Source: Selaginella moellendorffii
Lineage: Eukaryota > Plantae > Lycopodiophyta
DNA length: 64,000 nucleotides
Direction of reading: 5' to 3'
Assembly (NCBI RefSeq): GCF_000143415.4
Contig: NW_003314353.1
Coordinates: 701,236 to 765,235, forward strand
Part shown: positions 23,870 through 37,600 of the stretch, piece after piece
Layout: every line of letters begins with the position of its first letter
Position numbering within the stretch: position 1 is the first letter of the stretch
Translations under genes and position numbers: made by a program
The notes under the pieces: model-generated
Database searches by the model: none
Told to the model about the DNA's origin: nothing
Seen by the model: only the letters and a program-made list of their open reading frames with translations

Positions 23870-24960
23870 CACAAAAGTTGCAGCAAACCAAGGAGCACAA
23901 GTTGGGACTTTATCAAATTTCACCACAACACCAACAACAACAACTAGTTATCATGGTGGCCACAATAGTACCACTAGCAATTACTTGCCAGATAAAGTAT
24001 CCCATATACATGACATTCAGTGATCCCAACAAGCATGTCACCATATTTGAGAATGTGAGCATGGCCAACACTTTGCGACAGAGATTTTTTTCAGCAATAT
24101 TGAAGGATATTGCTGTGAAGTGATATGCAGCAGTACTGGCAAGAGCAAATTTTGCAGATTGGGACGTCTTGAAGAGTGCTTTTCACTCTACAAGTGATAA
24201 GCTCAATATGATTACCTTGCTGCATGGAGAAACTATTTAATGGTGTTCCATGAGATTTCAATGACTTCTCTCTTGAAGGATCTACAGCCTTTGGCAGATG
24301 ATCTGTTTTGATATTTTTGGTAAGGCTTACATCCTTCTATGTACAATGCCATGAACAAACTAATCTTGATACAATAGTCACTTTAGCATCACAATTTAAG
24401 TATGCCAAATTGCCAAATCATCCTAGACATATTTAAGCATCATCAGTCATGGCCACACTGCTAGTAAGCTTATTAAACAATACAAATCTAGGAGTTTATA
24501 TAGGTGCAGTACTTGGAACTTTGAATCTAGAAAGTGTGACAACTCCAACTTTGATCCCAACAATGGCTCCAACACAAGTAGTGGCTCCCATGCAAGTTCA
24601 AGTCTTAGCTTCATCACTAGAGGTGCAAATGAACAAGGTTAAAGAAATTTAGTTGAGGCTTTTACAAAGAAGATAGGGGACTTACAAGTTAATTGGATCA
24701 AGGGCGTTCAGATTCCTATACAATCACTCAAATGTCTAGTGCATGAAATGCAAATAATGCCCACTATCCAAATGAGTGTCTAATTCAGCAAGCAAGAGTA
24801 AGTTACCAATTCTATGGCTAGACTAACCACACATTGGAAAATTATTTCTATCATCTTATGAGGGCAAAATCAGTATCAGTCCTGTCTATCAGCAACAACA
24901 ACCTTACATGCAACATGTACCTATAATACTCTATAACTCCAAAACTACACTATGAACATG
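23870..24960 (+). pseudogene. Degenerate retrotransposon gag remnant
   Basis: DPNKHVTIFENV...FFSAILKDIAVK*Y is gag-like, and decayed Cys/His knuckle-like sequence follows. Many stop codons. Confidence 0.5.
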
Positions 24961-24979
24961 TTCATTGATGTGGAATAGC

Positions 24980-26320
24980 ACAAGAAGAGAGTTTCTTTGA
25001 GAAGTGCAGGAAATTTGGAATTTTGATCAATCCCTCCATGAAGTCTTGCATAAAAGGTTGGAAGGCCATTGTTACCACTCTTTGAAAACTAGTGGGCACA
25101 TTTGTCAAGTAGAAGGCATCACTCGATACATGTAGCATCCCTACTCTATCACAAACATGGTCTTGAGTTGGTCCTTTTCAGCTATTTGAATTTGATGTTA
25201 ACTATTGAAATCATCAAGAAAAGAGTACATGGCTTATGACTAAATCTAGCACTATGTCTATAAACAGTAATGGGAAGCCATCCTTCCTCGTTGCATCATT
25301 CAACTTTTTATAATCTACACAAAGTTGGAGCTCATTGTTTTCTTCTTGATAACTTTAATTGGAGAAAGCCACTCATTAACTTCCACTTTGAAGATAAAAC
25401 TAATTTGTAGTTGCTTCTCAATCTCTTCTCTCATGGCCTTGGAGTAATGAAGATTGGAGTGGTAGGGTTGTTGATGCATTGGCATAGCACCAAGTAGAGG
25501 AATTCTGTGAACAGCTAAAGCTCTATCAATCCCCTTCATATTCTCATATGTCCATGCAAAAGCATCTTGATACTTGGACAGCAACCCCACTAAACTCATT
25601 TGCTTCTCAATTGAGCACTGATGTTCACCACCCTGGAGATTCTTGGCATCCTTAGATCCAAGTTGATCAACTCTGAAGGCTTGATAAACTGTGACTCCTT
25701 CCCAACTAGTATTGTTGGCTTTTCATAAATTGTGAGAGATTTTTCCGCCACCTCAACTCACAAAAAAAAATACTCTAGGTACTACAATAGCTTAGTCTCA
25801 TTTGAAAGCTTTAGAACTTTAACATGTACCATGCTACATACCACATCCCCTCTTTAAAACTTTTTTAAACAATCACTACTTGAATCACGCTCAAAAGGTA
25901 GCAAGATCAAGTTGGCATAATTTGTCATCTTCTCTTTCTGAACAAGAGCTATTTCTTTGTCCTTTTTTGAGTCATCACTAGAACATAATTAGAGCAAGAA
26001 TTCTCCTCCTCCTCACTGTCAGAAGTAGTATCACTACTATCATTGTCCTTGATTTCCAATGGCTAGATTGACTTTGACAATATTTGAACACTAGAATTTT
26101 ATGTTTGAAATTTTCACTTCAAATCCTCAACAAGCCTTTATGATAATATTGAGAAGCATCAACTTGCACCAACAAGTTCAGCCTAGAACCACTGGATAAA
26201 TTAACTTGCCAAGACTCATCCTAAGAACCACAAAATCCATGTAGAAGTCCCACTATATCCATCTTCACACTTGTAAGAACTCCCAACCACCTCATCCAAC
26301 TTTGATCTACCATTTAGACA
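24980..26320 (-). pseudogene. Degenerate non-chromovirus Ty3/Gypsy pol remnant (protease-RT region)
   Basis: LLSKYQDAFAWTYENMKGID...HRIPL...EEIEK...WLSPI is characteristic of Athila/Tat/Phygy/Selgy-type RT N-termini. Remnants of FPL.FID and MP(F)..TNVPTSFQR are also present. Confidence 0.75.
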
Positions 26321-27179
26321 TGGAAATTCATTGGTGACAAGGGAAGAAAGAAAAGTGTAAATTTCATTTCTCCATAACAAGACTTTGGATGATTTCCTCT
26401 ATGATCTATGCCTTTGCTGGGTGCTCTCTAGAATCTATGGGGCTTTTCCGCATGATCATCAGGCATTTTTCACCTGTGAAAATCTTTGCTGTACACTTCT
26501 TTTGAGGGATTTTGTGGAGCAGCAGCGTGATTAAGAATAGATCTTTTGGTGAAGGAGTTGATAAAAATCCCATTAATTCTTCAACTTCTCTTTGTGTTGT
26601 CATGAGGTTGTCATGTCTGAAATTGGTGGTTCATAGCTCTCCATCTCTATATGCTTTATAGGTTGAGAGAAAGAGAGAGGAGAGGGATTTCCACTAACTC
26701 CTAATTTTTATATTTTTCAAGGAGGTAGGACTCAAAGAAAGAACATTGAAAACAAGAAGAGAAAATTTTGACTAGAATCATTCCACACTCTATGCTCTAG
26801 TGTTTTGTGTTGTGAAGGGCTTCTCTTTATAGAGTCTTTGGATCATATTTTATATTTTTTTGTTGATATTATAAAATATTGATGTATTAAAGGTGGCAGA
26901 TTTAGATGACTATTATTAAATGTAGTTACACAAAAATATTTTTAAATAATGGCAAAAGTTTTCATAAGGTTGGAGGGCATGCTTAATATAAGAGCTATAT
27001 AACAAAACATTTTATAAAGGTGGTGGAAGATAAGGTTTATGATAGAGTAAGATGAGTGGGAAATAAAATGAATATAAGATATAAAAAGGAAAGAGTAGTT
27101 GTGAAAGGATTTCGTTTGACTTGTTTTTTATGTTAACTTCAAATATTAGGTTCTAGAGAAAAGGTGGTGGTGAATAATA

Positions 27180-27995
27180 AAATGGTAAAGGTAAAGTGTA
27201 TTTTAGTCATTTAACCACACCCTTAACTATTTAGAGGAGTTTCATTCACAACTTCCATAAATCCTATTTCGGACATAAGGGCTTGTTACCCCTAAGAATG
27301 GCATCTATGCCAGTCAACTTTTGCACTTGGTCCAAATGCTCCATGTATCTAATTCCATGACCAACACCCAAAGGTACCATCGACATATTAACTTGTTATG
27401 CTAAGGCCATGCCCATTCACCTTTATCATATCGATGATCCAACACCACCTACATCATAATCTCGTTTCTTAAAGATTAGGCCATCCGTTCATGAGTGATT
27501 ATCCCAAATCCACTCTTTAGCATCTTTAGGATGCCTACAGACATGGAGAACAATCTTCCCCAATATCCTTTTTTCAGTCCCCACCAAGTCCTTTTTCATC
27601 CATGGCATGTTCACCAATACTACTATTGGGTCAAGGCTTATAAACCTAACCATTATGTCTCAATGACCTTTAGGACTTTTTTGCTATATGCCTGCATCTT
27701 TGGTCACCACACAAGTGGACTACTTCTCTTCCTTTGCCTTTGGGTGCCCTAGCCAAGTGGCTAGAACAAGGTTCCAATGAACCATGCCAGGTATCCAAGT
27801 AGGTAGTGCCACCCACATATGGACTGGAAGCATTGACTATTTGATCTCGTAAGGGAGCTAGAGTCAATTTTTGAACACTTCACCAATCTACCCCACTTGT
27901 CTATCCTTATTTACTCTAGCCTTGGACTTCCTAGTGGTTATATTATCACCCAACACGTGGGTATAGCCTCTTGGGCCACATTGGCCTTGTCTGGT
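27180..27995 (-). mobile_element. LTR fragment of family E in reverse orientation (target of the plus-strand family E insertion)
   Basis: Reverse complement of 28570-29330 and 30090-30200. It apparently continues at 42906-43190. Confidence 0.7.
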
Positions 27996-29334
27996 TGTGA
28001 GATATAAATCTCTAATCCCCAAAGTGGAGCCAAAAAAGTGCCACATAGTAGTGGTCAAAGCGAAAGCCAAACGAGCATAACATGTTTGGACTAAAAGCTC
28101 TGACTTGAAAAGTCGAAAATGGGAGTGGAACTCCCAACGAAGGGCTCAAAGAATAAGCTCAAAACGAGCAATAAGTGAGTCTCTAGAAAAGAGATACAAG
28201 AGGATCTGAGATGGAGTTCGAAATGGACCTAAGATGAAGTCCAAGATGGACCTAAGATGGAGTACGAGATGGAGTATGAGATGGAGTCCGAAATGGACCC
28301 AAGATGGAGTCCAAGATGGACTCGAGATGGAGTCCAAGATAGACCTGAGATGGACTCGAGATGGAGTCTGAGATAGAGTTCAAGATGGATCTAAGATGGA
28401 GTCCAAGATGGAACCAAGACCAAGATCGATATCGAGACTGTGATTGAATCTGAGTTCAAATACTAATACAAGCTGTTAGGTGAAAGCCCAAGCGATTGGG
28501 GGGGGGGGGGTTAAGGGGGTTCTAAAAGTATAGTAGGGAGTTGGACCCTAGTGAAGCTAATTTGGCTAGGAAAGGCTAGTGTAACCCAAGAAGGCTATGC
28601 CTATGTGTTGGTGATAATATATCTATTGAGGAGTCCAAAGCTAGAGTGAATATTGGCGACAAGTGGGGTAGCTTGGTGAAGTATTCAAGAGTTGGCTCTA
28701 GCTCCCCTAGGAGATCGAATGGTCAATGCTCCTAGTCCAAATATGACTAGCACTACCTACTTGGATACCTAGTGTGGCTTAATAGAACCTCGCTCTAGCC
28801 TCATGGCTAGAGCACCTAAAGGCGAAAGGTGGAGAGAGTACCCATGAGGCTCATGTAAGGCCATGATATTCCAAAATGTTATCCCAAAGTCCCAGACTAT
28901 GGAAAGGAAGAGGAGCAATCCTCTAGTGTAGTGACCAAGGATACGGTCACATGGTGACGAAGTCCCAGAGGACAATGGGGCTTAGTGGTCAGGCTTGTAG
29001 GCTTTGACTCAGTGGCAATGTTGATAAACATGGGCATGGACAGAAAGAGACTTGGTGGGGACCAAAAAAGGGATATTGGGGAAGGTTGTTCTCCATATCT
29101 GTGGGCATCCTAAGGATGCTAAGGAGTAAATTTGGGATGATCACTTATGGATGGATGGCCTAGTCTTTGAGAGACAAGATTATAATGTAGGTGGTGTTAG
29201 ATCATTGGTGTGACAGAGGTGAATGGGCATAGCTTTAGTGTAACAAGTTAATATGTTAGTGGTACCTTTGGGTGTCGGTCATGGGATTGAACACATAGAG
29301 CATTTGGACCAAGTGCAAAGGTTGAGTGGTATGG

Positions 29335-30087
29335 TGTAGCACACTTTATCTCTCTCCCTTTAAGCCAACTGGAAAAGGGGCAATTACTTGATGAGAGGGC
29401 CCTTAGTGGCTATTTTATCCCCATTTATCCCCTAAGTTTCCAAGGATCCATGATGATAATATATCCAAATCTCATCCTATGATCACATACGCTACACTCG
29501 CCCCCCCTTTAGAAATGTCAATATCCTCATTGATTATTGACTAACAACCCCTACTAAGCCAAGGGGAACTAACACCTCCATTTCCACATTGAATCTACCA
29601 ATCTTTTTGTTGTGTAGACCAGTTATTCCATGTGAGGCAATTAGTCATCCACTCGTACCACAGTCCCACGGTGGATACCGCAATTCGTGGATACTCCACA
29701 CAAGAGGAAGGACGTACGGATGGATGCCCAATATGTACGATTTTAAATTTAGGGGTAGAAATATACCTTGCTCAAGGGTATATTATATTTTTAAGTAGCC
29801 ACTAATCAATGGGAATTGAACCCGTGCCATTTGCTTCGATACCACATGTAGCGCACTTTATCTCAGGGATCCACCACTACGCTTGCATAGTGGATCTTTT
29901 AGCTCGAGCAAACAAACTTGATGAAGCTTTGGTGATGGTGGAAGGCATGTCTGTCTCCCTTTAAGCCAACTGAAAAAGGGGCAATTGCTTGATGAGAGAG
30001 CCTTTACTGGCTATTTTATCCCCTAAGGTTCCAAAGATTCATGGTGACAGTATATCCAAATCTCATCCAATGATCACATACATTACA
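29335..30087 (-). mobile_element. TRIM (family without 5S segment) inserted in the family E LTR
   Basis: LTRs at 29335-29496 and 29847-30087 (TGTAGC...TACA). PBS (rc tggtatcgaagc) at about 29833-29844, PPT (rc aaagggggggcgag) at about 29497-29510, perfect TSD TATGG. Confidence 0.9.
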
Positions 30088-30856
30088 TATGGATGCCATT
30101 CTTGAGGCTAATAAGCCCTAAGTCTAGAATAAGACTTATAAAGGTTGTGAGTGAGACTCTTTCAAGTGGTTAGAGGTATGGTTAAATAACTAAAGTAAAA
30201 TGGAAAATGTAATTATTTACAATTTGGTATCAGAGTTATTCCTTAGTCCAACTCTTATTAGTGGTCAAGTATATCACCATTTGTCTTGGCATCAAAAGAT
30301 CTTAGAAGTGGACCTATCCTCAAGGAGTAGCATGTCGAAAGAGCATGACTCTCCACCTTAGTTCATAAGTGAATATGGTGGCAATATGGTGGATAGAAAG
30401 AGGCCAATTTAAGAACAACTTTGGGATTTTGGGAACAATAGATAGTTTTCCCTCAGAGAGTTGAGAATGTGACCTATATAAGTGTTTGACTTAGCAAATT
30501 GGCTAATGTGGTTGTAGTAAACAATTACAATTGGGATCACAGGAATTATAGAAACTCCTAGATGATAAAAGAGTCATAAGGTTATCTTCATATGGTTAAG
30601 GATGGTGCTCAAGAATTTGAAATTAAAATTAATAACCATGGAAGGTCAAATACTGATAAAGATATGAGTCCTTGAAATGATAGTCAGGGCTACCTTTTAT
30701 AAATGCTAGAACAACCTTAGGAGTTAGAGGTGTACTTGGAGAATGAATTGATATTCTTATCATATGGACAGATAATCCTAATGGGGCAAAAGTAGCCTAT
30801 ATGGAACAAAATATAATTAAGTGTCTGTCAAACACTTGCGAGATAGTCCTTTTGAG

Positions 30857-31459
30857 NNNNNNNNNNNNNNNNNNNNNNNNNNNNNNNNNNNNNNNNNNNN
30901 NNNNNNNNNNNNNNNNNNNNNNNNNNNNNNNNNNNNNNNNNNNNNNNNNNNNNNNNNNNNNNNNNNNNNNNNNNNNNNNNNNNNNNNNNNNNNNNNNNNN
31001 NNNNNNNNNNNNNNNNNNNNNNNNNNNNNNNNNNNNNNNNNNNNNNNNNNNNNNNNNNNNNNNNNNNNNNNNNNNNNNNNNNNNNNNNNNNNNNNNNNNN
31101 NNNNNNNNNNNNNNNNNNNNNNNNNNNNNNNNNNNNNNNNNNNNNNNNNNNNNNNNNNNNNNNNNNNNNNNNNNNNNNNNNNNNNNNNNNNNNNNNNNNN
31201 NNNNNNNNNNNNNNNNNNNNNNNNNNNNNNNNNNNNNNNNNNNNNNNNNNNNNNNNNNNNNNNNNNNNNNNNNNNNNNNNNNNNNNNNNNNNNNNNNNNN
31301 NNNNNNNNNNNNNNNNNNNNNNNNNNNNNNNNNNNNNNNNNNNNNNNNNNNNNNNNNNNNNNNNNNNNNNNNNNNNNNNNNNNNNNNNNNNNNNNNNNNN
31401 NNNNNNNNNNNNNNNNNNNNNNNNNNNNNNNNNNNNNNNNNNNNNNNNNNNNNNNNNNN
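30857..31459. other. Assembly gap
   Basis: Run of N. Confidence 1.
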
Positions 31460-33504
31460 CGTATTGGGATAAAGAGGTAAGATATATCCCCTTCAGTGTG
31501 ATAAATTGCTTAAGTTGAAATATAGTAAGTCAATGTTATAAAGGGAAATGTTTATTGTCAAAAAAAGTCATCATTAGGACATCTAAATACTCTAAAACAT
31601 CAAGGAGTGATATTTGATATCATGAGGGCATTAGATAAAGCCCAAGGAACTAAATCTTTAGCAAATAATGGATAGAAGGTGTTATCCAACGTCCAAAGTT
31701 GTGGAGACAAGAGAAGTTCGTCTATCTGAATTGGACAAAGTTAAAAAATGATTTTTGGCATGACTCGCAATAGGCATAAGGAGGCCCATGCATAACGATG
31801 TTAATCTTGGTGTATGGGACTACATAGTGAGCATATCCAAATTGAAAAACCAGTCCCTAAAATATTAAGTAGGTTCATCCTTAAAAATACTCGCTAAGGC
31901 ATGGTAGAAAGTGCAAAATTACCCTTCTAGACGGGAGGACAATACCCAAAGGGAAGGCATAAGGCCAAAAAGCAAGTAATAAAGGGATAAAATCGAATCA
32001 TACAAATCAAAGGGCATAATTAAAGGTGGTTATGCAAGTTAGGAGTGGAGAATTAAGTGGGTGCTCAAACATTGTTATTAGCAACTGTGATGCCATGGAA
32101 AATCTAAAGTATGAAATTGTCCATATTAGGCCATATGGCAATTAAAAAGCTTGTGAAAGGAGAGGCTTTAATAAGCTAAGGGATAGAGTCCTTCAAGGTT
32201 CCCAAAGACAATTCTAAATGGATTCATACTTAAAAAACCAAGTGTAAATGGTTCGTAAAATGTGCAAAATTAAAGTGGCACAGCAGAACCATGGTCTTGA
32301 AGCCTGCTATGAGGTAAGGCTATCAAGGTTAGGAAGTAATTTTTGATTGTTCAAAGAAATGGCTTTGAATGAAAGTTGATGGTTAAGGATTTTCACACTT
32401 ATATATAAAACCATGTTACGCTAATTGGGTAACTTGGTAATTGAGATTGACAAGTTAGGGGGGAACAAACACCTTAGTTGAAGATGTTAACTTCAAAAGG
32501 GGTGGTTCATGAGGCCAAGCATGGAGGAGTCCATGTATAATCACAAATTTGTCAAGTGAGAGGACTAGTTTGGAGGAATTAAATTGTGATTTATAGCACG
32601 TTTTAAGTATAAATTGGTGCACTAACATGGAGAGTCATGCCAAGCATCCTAGATGATGTCGCCTGTAAAGGCATATGTAGAGGTTGGGTTTGAGTCCCAA
32701 CTCTCTAATGCCTAGGTTCGAGTCCCAACTCATTAAAGCGTGGTGATGATTTGGAATATAAGGACATTCATTTGTTGGTGGTTATGGACTCTCAATAAGG
32801 AGATTGGCTTGGACACACCCCTAAAATGGGGATGCCCTTGAGTCGTGATGCATGATTAAATTATTTAGTATGAAAGTTTGATATATCTAACTTGAACACT
32901 TTGGTGCAAGTGGCACCAAGGATATGGTGAATGAAATGGGGACACTCAATCTCAATTGTTATAGACCCTTGGCCAGAAGGGCTAGCTTGGGCACACCGCC
33001 AAGTGTGGGAGATGCCCCTAGGGTCATGGTCAACAATTTAAAGGTCTGGAAGATCTAGTACCTATTTGCAAACTTATTAAAGTGTTAAAGTTATATTATT
33101 AAGTGATCTTACGGCTAAGCAAGGATGAGGTCCTTGTGAGGTTAAGGAATAAGGTTCCTAGTTCAAAGTGTTAATTTGAACTATTGATAATGGTGTGGTT
33201 TGGTTAAGGTGACCGAGTGGAAGGACACATAAAGGAAATGAACTATAACAATACAATAATTATGTAAATTCAAAAAATAAATCTCCAAGGAAGGACCCAT
33301 GGGTGGGTCACAAGGTTAGACCATGGATAAAGCTCAGAGTAGGAAATATTAAGGAGACTTACTAAGGGTGAACACCCCCTAGACTTGGCAAAGTAAAGTC
33401 TTTGCTATGGAACAAAAATGATACCTCTATAAGGAACCAACTCGCCGAGGTGTCGTAGGCTAAAGGAACCCCGAAAGAATGACCAAAATGACAAAGAGTT
33501 CATC

Positions 33505-33800
33505 GGATGGGACCAAGTCGAAGATCGAGTCCAAGACCGACTCTAGGACCGAGTTCGAGATAGAGTCCGGAATCGAGTCCAAGACCGACTCGGGGACCGA
33601 GTTCGAGTCCGAGTTTGAGACCGAGTTCGAGACGGAGTCCGAGATCCGAAATCGGGTCCGAGACCGAGTCCGAGGTCGAGTCTGAGGTCGGGTCCGAGAT
33701 CGGGTCCGAGATCGGGTCCGAGATCAAGTCCGAGATCGAGTCCGAGGCCGAATCCGAAGTCGGATCCGAAATCGGGTCCGAAATCGAGCCAGAGACTAAG
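33505..33800. repeat. Hexamer-based tandem array (GAGTCC/GAGATC/GGGTCC) in the LTR; also at about 39885-40165
   Basis: Visible periodicity. The two LTRs differ by 12 bp in length (1161 vs 1149), consistent with one repeat unit. Confidence 0.9.
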
Positions 33801-34647
33801 TCCAAATACTAATACGGGTCAAGGGGTGAAAGCCCAAAGCGTGCGTCTCCCAGGGGGGGGGGGGCTGCAAGGGGTTCCAAAAGTATAGTAGGGATAGTGA
33901 GGTCCAGGAACCAGTTTAGAAGGGACTCTCCAGTGGGGCTCCCAAACTGACTTGAGGTTGGGACTGGGACCGAGGGGCCTTGGGTGGGAGTGAGCATGGA
34001 CTTGGTTGGTGCCGGAGGGGCCATCCAAGGAAGTGCTCAAGAGCAGCTCCCACTCCCGAAAGGGAAACCGATTGCGGTGTTCCCGGCTCATGTGGAGTGG
34101 TGCCCCACTTGAGTACCATGTGGCTCATTGGTCCTCGCCCTTCCTAGGGGCTTGGGCCTTCCTTCGGGATGGAAGTGGGGGGCGAGAGGTACCCATACCG
34201 GGCCGCGAGGCCACGGTGTTTCGCCCCGGCGTCCCGAAGCAAGTGTTGCACTCAAGACTTGGGATTTAGAGGGTCCCATGATCAAGTCTTGTGGTACCAA
34301 AGGATGTTAGGAACCTGGAAGCTTGGTGTGCCTGGCTGCTTGTGCTTGCGGGGAGTGTAGCCGAACCTTAAGTCCAGTCTAACCCGGGGAGGGGGATTGG
34401 GAGTGATTTGGGAATCCGTGGATGGGTGGCTAACACTTCGTTGCTCGTGCAGTGAGTAGCTGAGACCAAGTAGGAGCTGGTACCATAGGCGAGAACCTTG
34501 GCAAGGGAACTTAGCAAAAGCCAAGGCGGTGTTGGACGGATAGACGAGGTAAGCTGGCAAATTGGAAAGGAAAAATTTGTAGCTTACAATTTGGTATCGG
34601 AGCCTTTATCTCAGTTCTAGCGAAGGATAGAGGCGGATTGCTGGGAG

Positions 34648-37600
34648 ATGGCAAGGGCAGGGCGTAAGCGAACCCAGGCGGAGACGGAACCTCCGCCAGA
34701 GCTGGAGCCTCCGGTTGAACAAGAGGCTATGGATGAGGAATCCTTGCATGAGGAGGACTCCAGTGAGGAAACTTCCAAACAGGAGTCCGGTGGCGAGGTT
34801 CGGTTGTCCAAGGCTCGATTGGACGTGCTAGAAGGACAGTTGGCACAGACCAATGCCCTGCTGGAGACTCTCGTACGCAAGTTAAAGCGTGACGAGAAGC
34901 GGAAGAAAAAGCGAAAGACTGCGGATGCTGGCAGCGCAGAAGGTGCGGACCCTTCGGCAGGGACTGAGGCAAAACCAGACAAGGTCGAACAAACCGAAGT
35001 GGAATCAGTCCCTCAGGCAGTTCCCAAGTACAAACCAAAGCCCCCACCGGTGTTCAAGGGAGTGAACGACTATAAGGTTGTGAAGGATTGGTTTTACGAT
35101 ATGGAGGACTACTTCCAAGCGTTGCGGTTACTAAGCTCGGAGAAGGTCCCATGTGCAAAACCATACTTGGCAGATAATGCCAAGTCTTGGTGGAGAACAA
35201 TGGAGGCCAACGAAGGACCAACGAAGGACCAGTGGCCACCTGGGACATGATGAAGGCGAGGATCCGCGCAACATACGTTCCTCCGAATGCCACTCTGCAT
35301 CTGAGAGATGAGCTGAGTAGGCTGAAGCAGACTGGAACCATCCAGGAATATGTGAATGGGTTCATGGCAAAGAGGATACTTGTCACGGACATGGGGGATA
35401 TGGATGCATTCCATGCCTTTATATCAGGTTTGCAAACCTGGGCTCGCGGTGAGGTGATGCGCTGGAACCCGACCAACTACAAGGAAGCGTTGGATGCGGC
35501 CATCAAGGTGCATTTCAACGATAACCTGCGAAAGGGGAACACGACGGGGTTGGGATCCACGTTTCACAAAGGGGCCAAACCGAGGGGAACTTATAGCAAG
35601 GGGAAATTCAAGAAGAGTTTCTCTAAGAATGAGTCCTCGGGGTTCCGGAAAGGCAAATCCGGTGGCTAGCGAGCGAGTACGTGGGGGAGTCAAGCGAAAA
35701 AAGACAAACCCACGGATAAGAAGGTCAAGTCGTATAGCAGCGTGGGAAACAACGTATGCTACAACTGCGGCGAAGCGGGACACTTCTCGAGGGAATGTCC
35801 CTACCCGAAGAAGGCCAGAGCCAATATGGCCATCAAGTCGGGTGAAGTCCAAACTGAGGTATGTGATCCAGTCCCTAACTCAAAGTTACTCATTACACGA
35901 GCAACTTTGGTAGAGAGTCGTTCGCGACATCTACTAGCCCTCCGAGGGAAGCTCGGAGGTAGCTTTGTTAAGATCCTTATTGACACGGGTGCTTCGGATA
36001 ATTTTGTGGCTACAGACATAGTCCGGCAAGCTGGACTAACGGTGCAGCGGCTAGGCGAACCAAGGACTATAGAGTTTGTTCAGGGTAGCCAAAGCACCGA
36101 TGAGGTACTTCGACAAGCGAGAGTCGAAGTGGGGACATGGAAAGTGGACATGGATTTCACCGTCTTGGACATGGCGGGATTTGACGTGATCTTCGGAATG
36201 GATTGGTTTAATCGGTTCGTGGTAGCCCTGCATGGACAAGGTAGGAACCTTGTGGTATTGGCGAATGCCCAAGGAAGAAGATCTAGGGTGGAGGCCCAGG
36301 ATCTAAAGGTAGGGCAAAGCAAGGCCAAAGAGTCATGCTTAAACCTAGTGTCCACGAGAGGACAACTCACTAAAGGAACTAAGGCAGCCTTTTTGTGCTT
36401 ACTCTCGGTGAAGAGTGACAAAAAGACAAGAATGGAAGAAGTACCTTTAGTGATCCAGCAGGTGTTGGACCAATTCCAGGATACCATGCCGGAGGAGCTA
36501 CCGGCGGGGTTGCCCCCCGCACGACCGATAGAACATAAGATTGAGCTGGTGAAGGGTGCTGAGGCGGTGGTTCGTCCACCCTATCGATTGAACGAAAAAG
36601 AACTCAAGGAGCTCAAGAGCCAACTAGAGGAGTTGGTGGACAAAGGGTATGTTAGGTTGAGCAAGTCGCCATATGGGGCGCCGGTGCTATTTGTGAAAAA
36701 GAAAGATGGATCTATGCGCATGTGCATAGACTACCGGTTGCTCAACAAGTATACCAAGAAGAACAAGTACCCTTTGCCAAGGATCGAGGACCTGTTCGAT
36801 AGGTTGGGAAAGGCAAAATACTTCTCGAGGATTGACCTAAGGTCAGGATACTACCAGATCAGGGTAGCTGAGGAAGATGTCGAGAAGACAACCTGTCGAA
36901 CGAGGTATGGGAGCTTTGAGTTTCTGGTGATGCCCTTTGGGATGTGCAATGCGCCGGCAACATTTTCGGCGTTGATGAACCACATCTTTGTACCCTATCT
37001 GGATCACTTCGTGGTCGTCTATATCGACGATATCCTGATCTATAGCGAGACGCTAGAGGAGCATGCCGAACACTTGGTGAAGGTGTTTGAGAAACTAAGG
37101 GAACACAAACTGTATGCTAAAGAGAGCAAATGTGACTTTGCTCAACAAGAGGTAAAGTTTCTCGGGCATGTGGTGGGCCAGGACGGGCTCAAGGTGGACC
37201 CGGAGAAGGTCCAAGCGATCCAGGAATGGGAGCGACCTTCGAATGTACATGAGTTGAGGGCGTTCTTGGGGCTATGCAACTACTATCGAAAGTTTATCAG
37301 ACACTATTCGAGAGTAGCCCTGCCCTTAACAGACCAAACCGGAAAAGGGAAGATGGTATGGACAGCGGAATGCGAGGCGGCATTCGTCCACCTCAAAGGG
37401 AAGTTGAGGAAGGCTCCGGTGTTGGCATTACCAGATTTTGGTAAGGACTTTGAGGTAGATACGGATGCTTCGGACTTTGCGTTGGGCGCAGTTTTGAAGC
37501 AAGACAACCATCCAGTAGCGTTCTTCTCGAAGAAGTTGGACAAGGCTCAACGGAAGTGGCCTGCCCACGAGAAGGAATTGTTTGCGGTGGTCAAGGCGCT

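Noticed and set aside
30801-31480. ORFs of about 220 aa
   Set aside because: Artefacts of the N gap.
33479-33812. S/E/D-rich ORFs in the LTRs (also 39855-40176 and 41910-43219)
   Set aside because: Translations of tandem hexamer or 11-mer arrays. They are not a CRISPR array either, since there are no unique spacers.
35667-35669. In-frame TAG between gag and pol as programmed readthrough
   Set aside because: It lies before the zinc knuckle, lacks a CARYYA-type context and is simply explained by CAG-to-TAG deamination. A family consensus would be needed to revive the idea.
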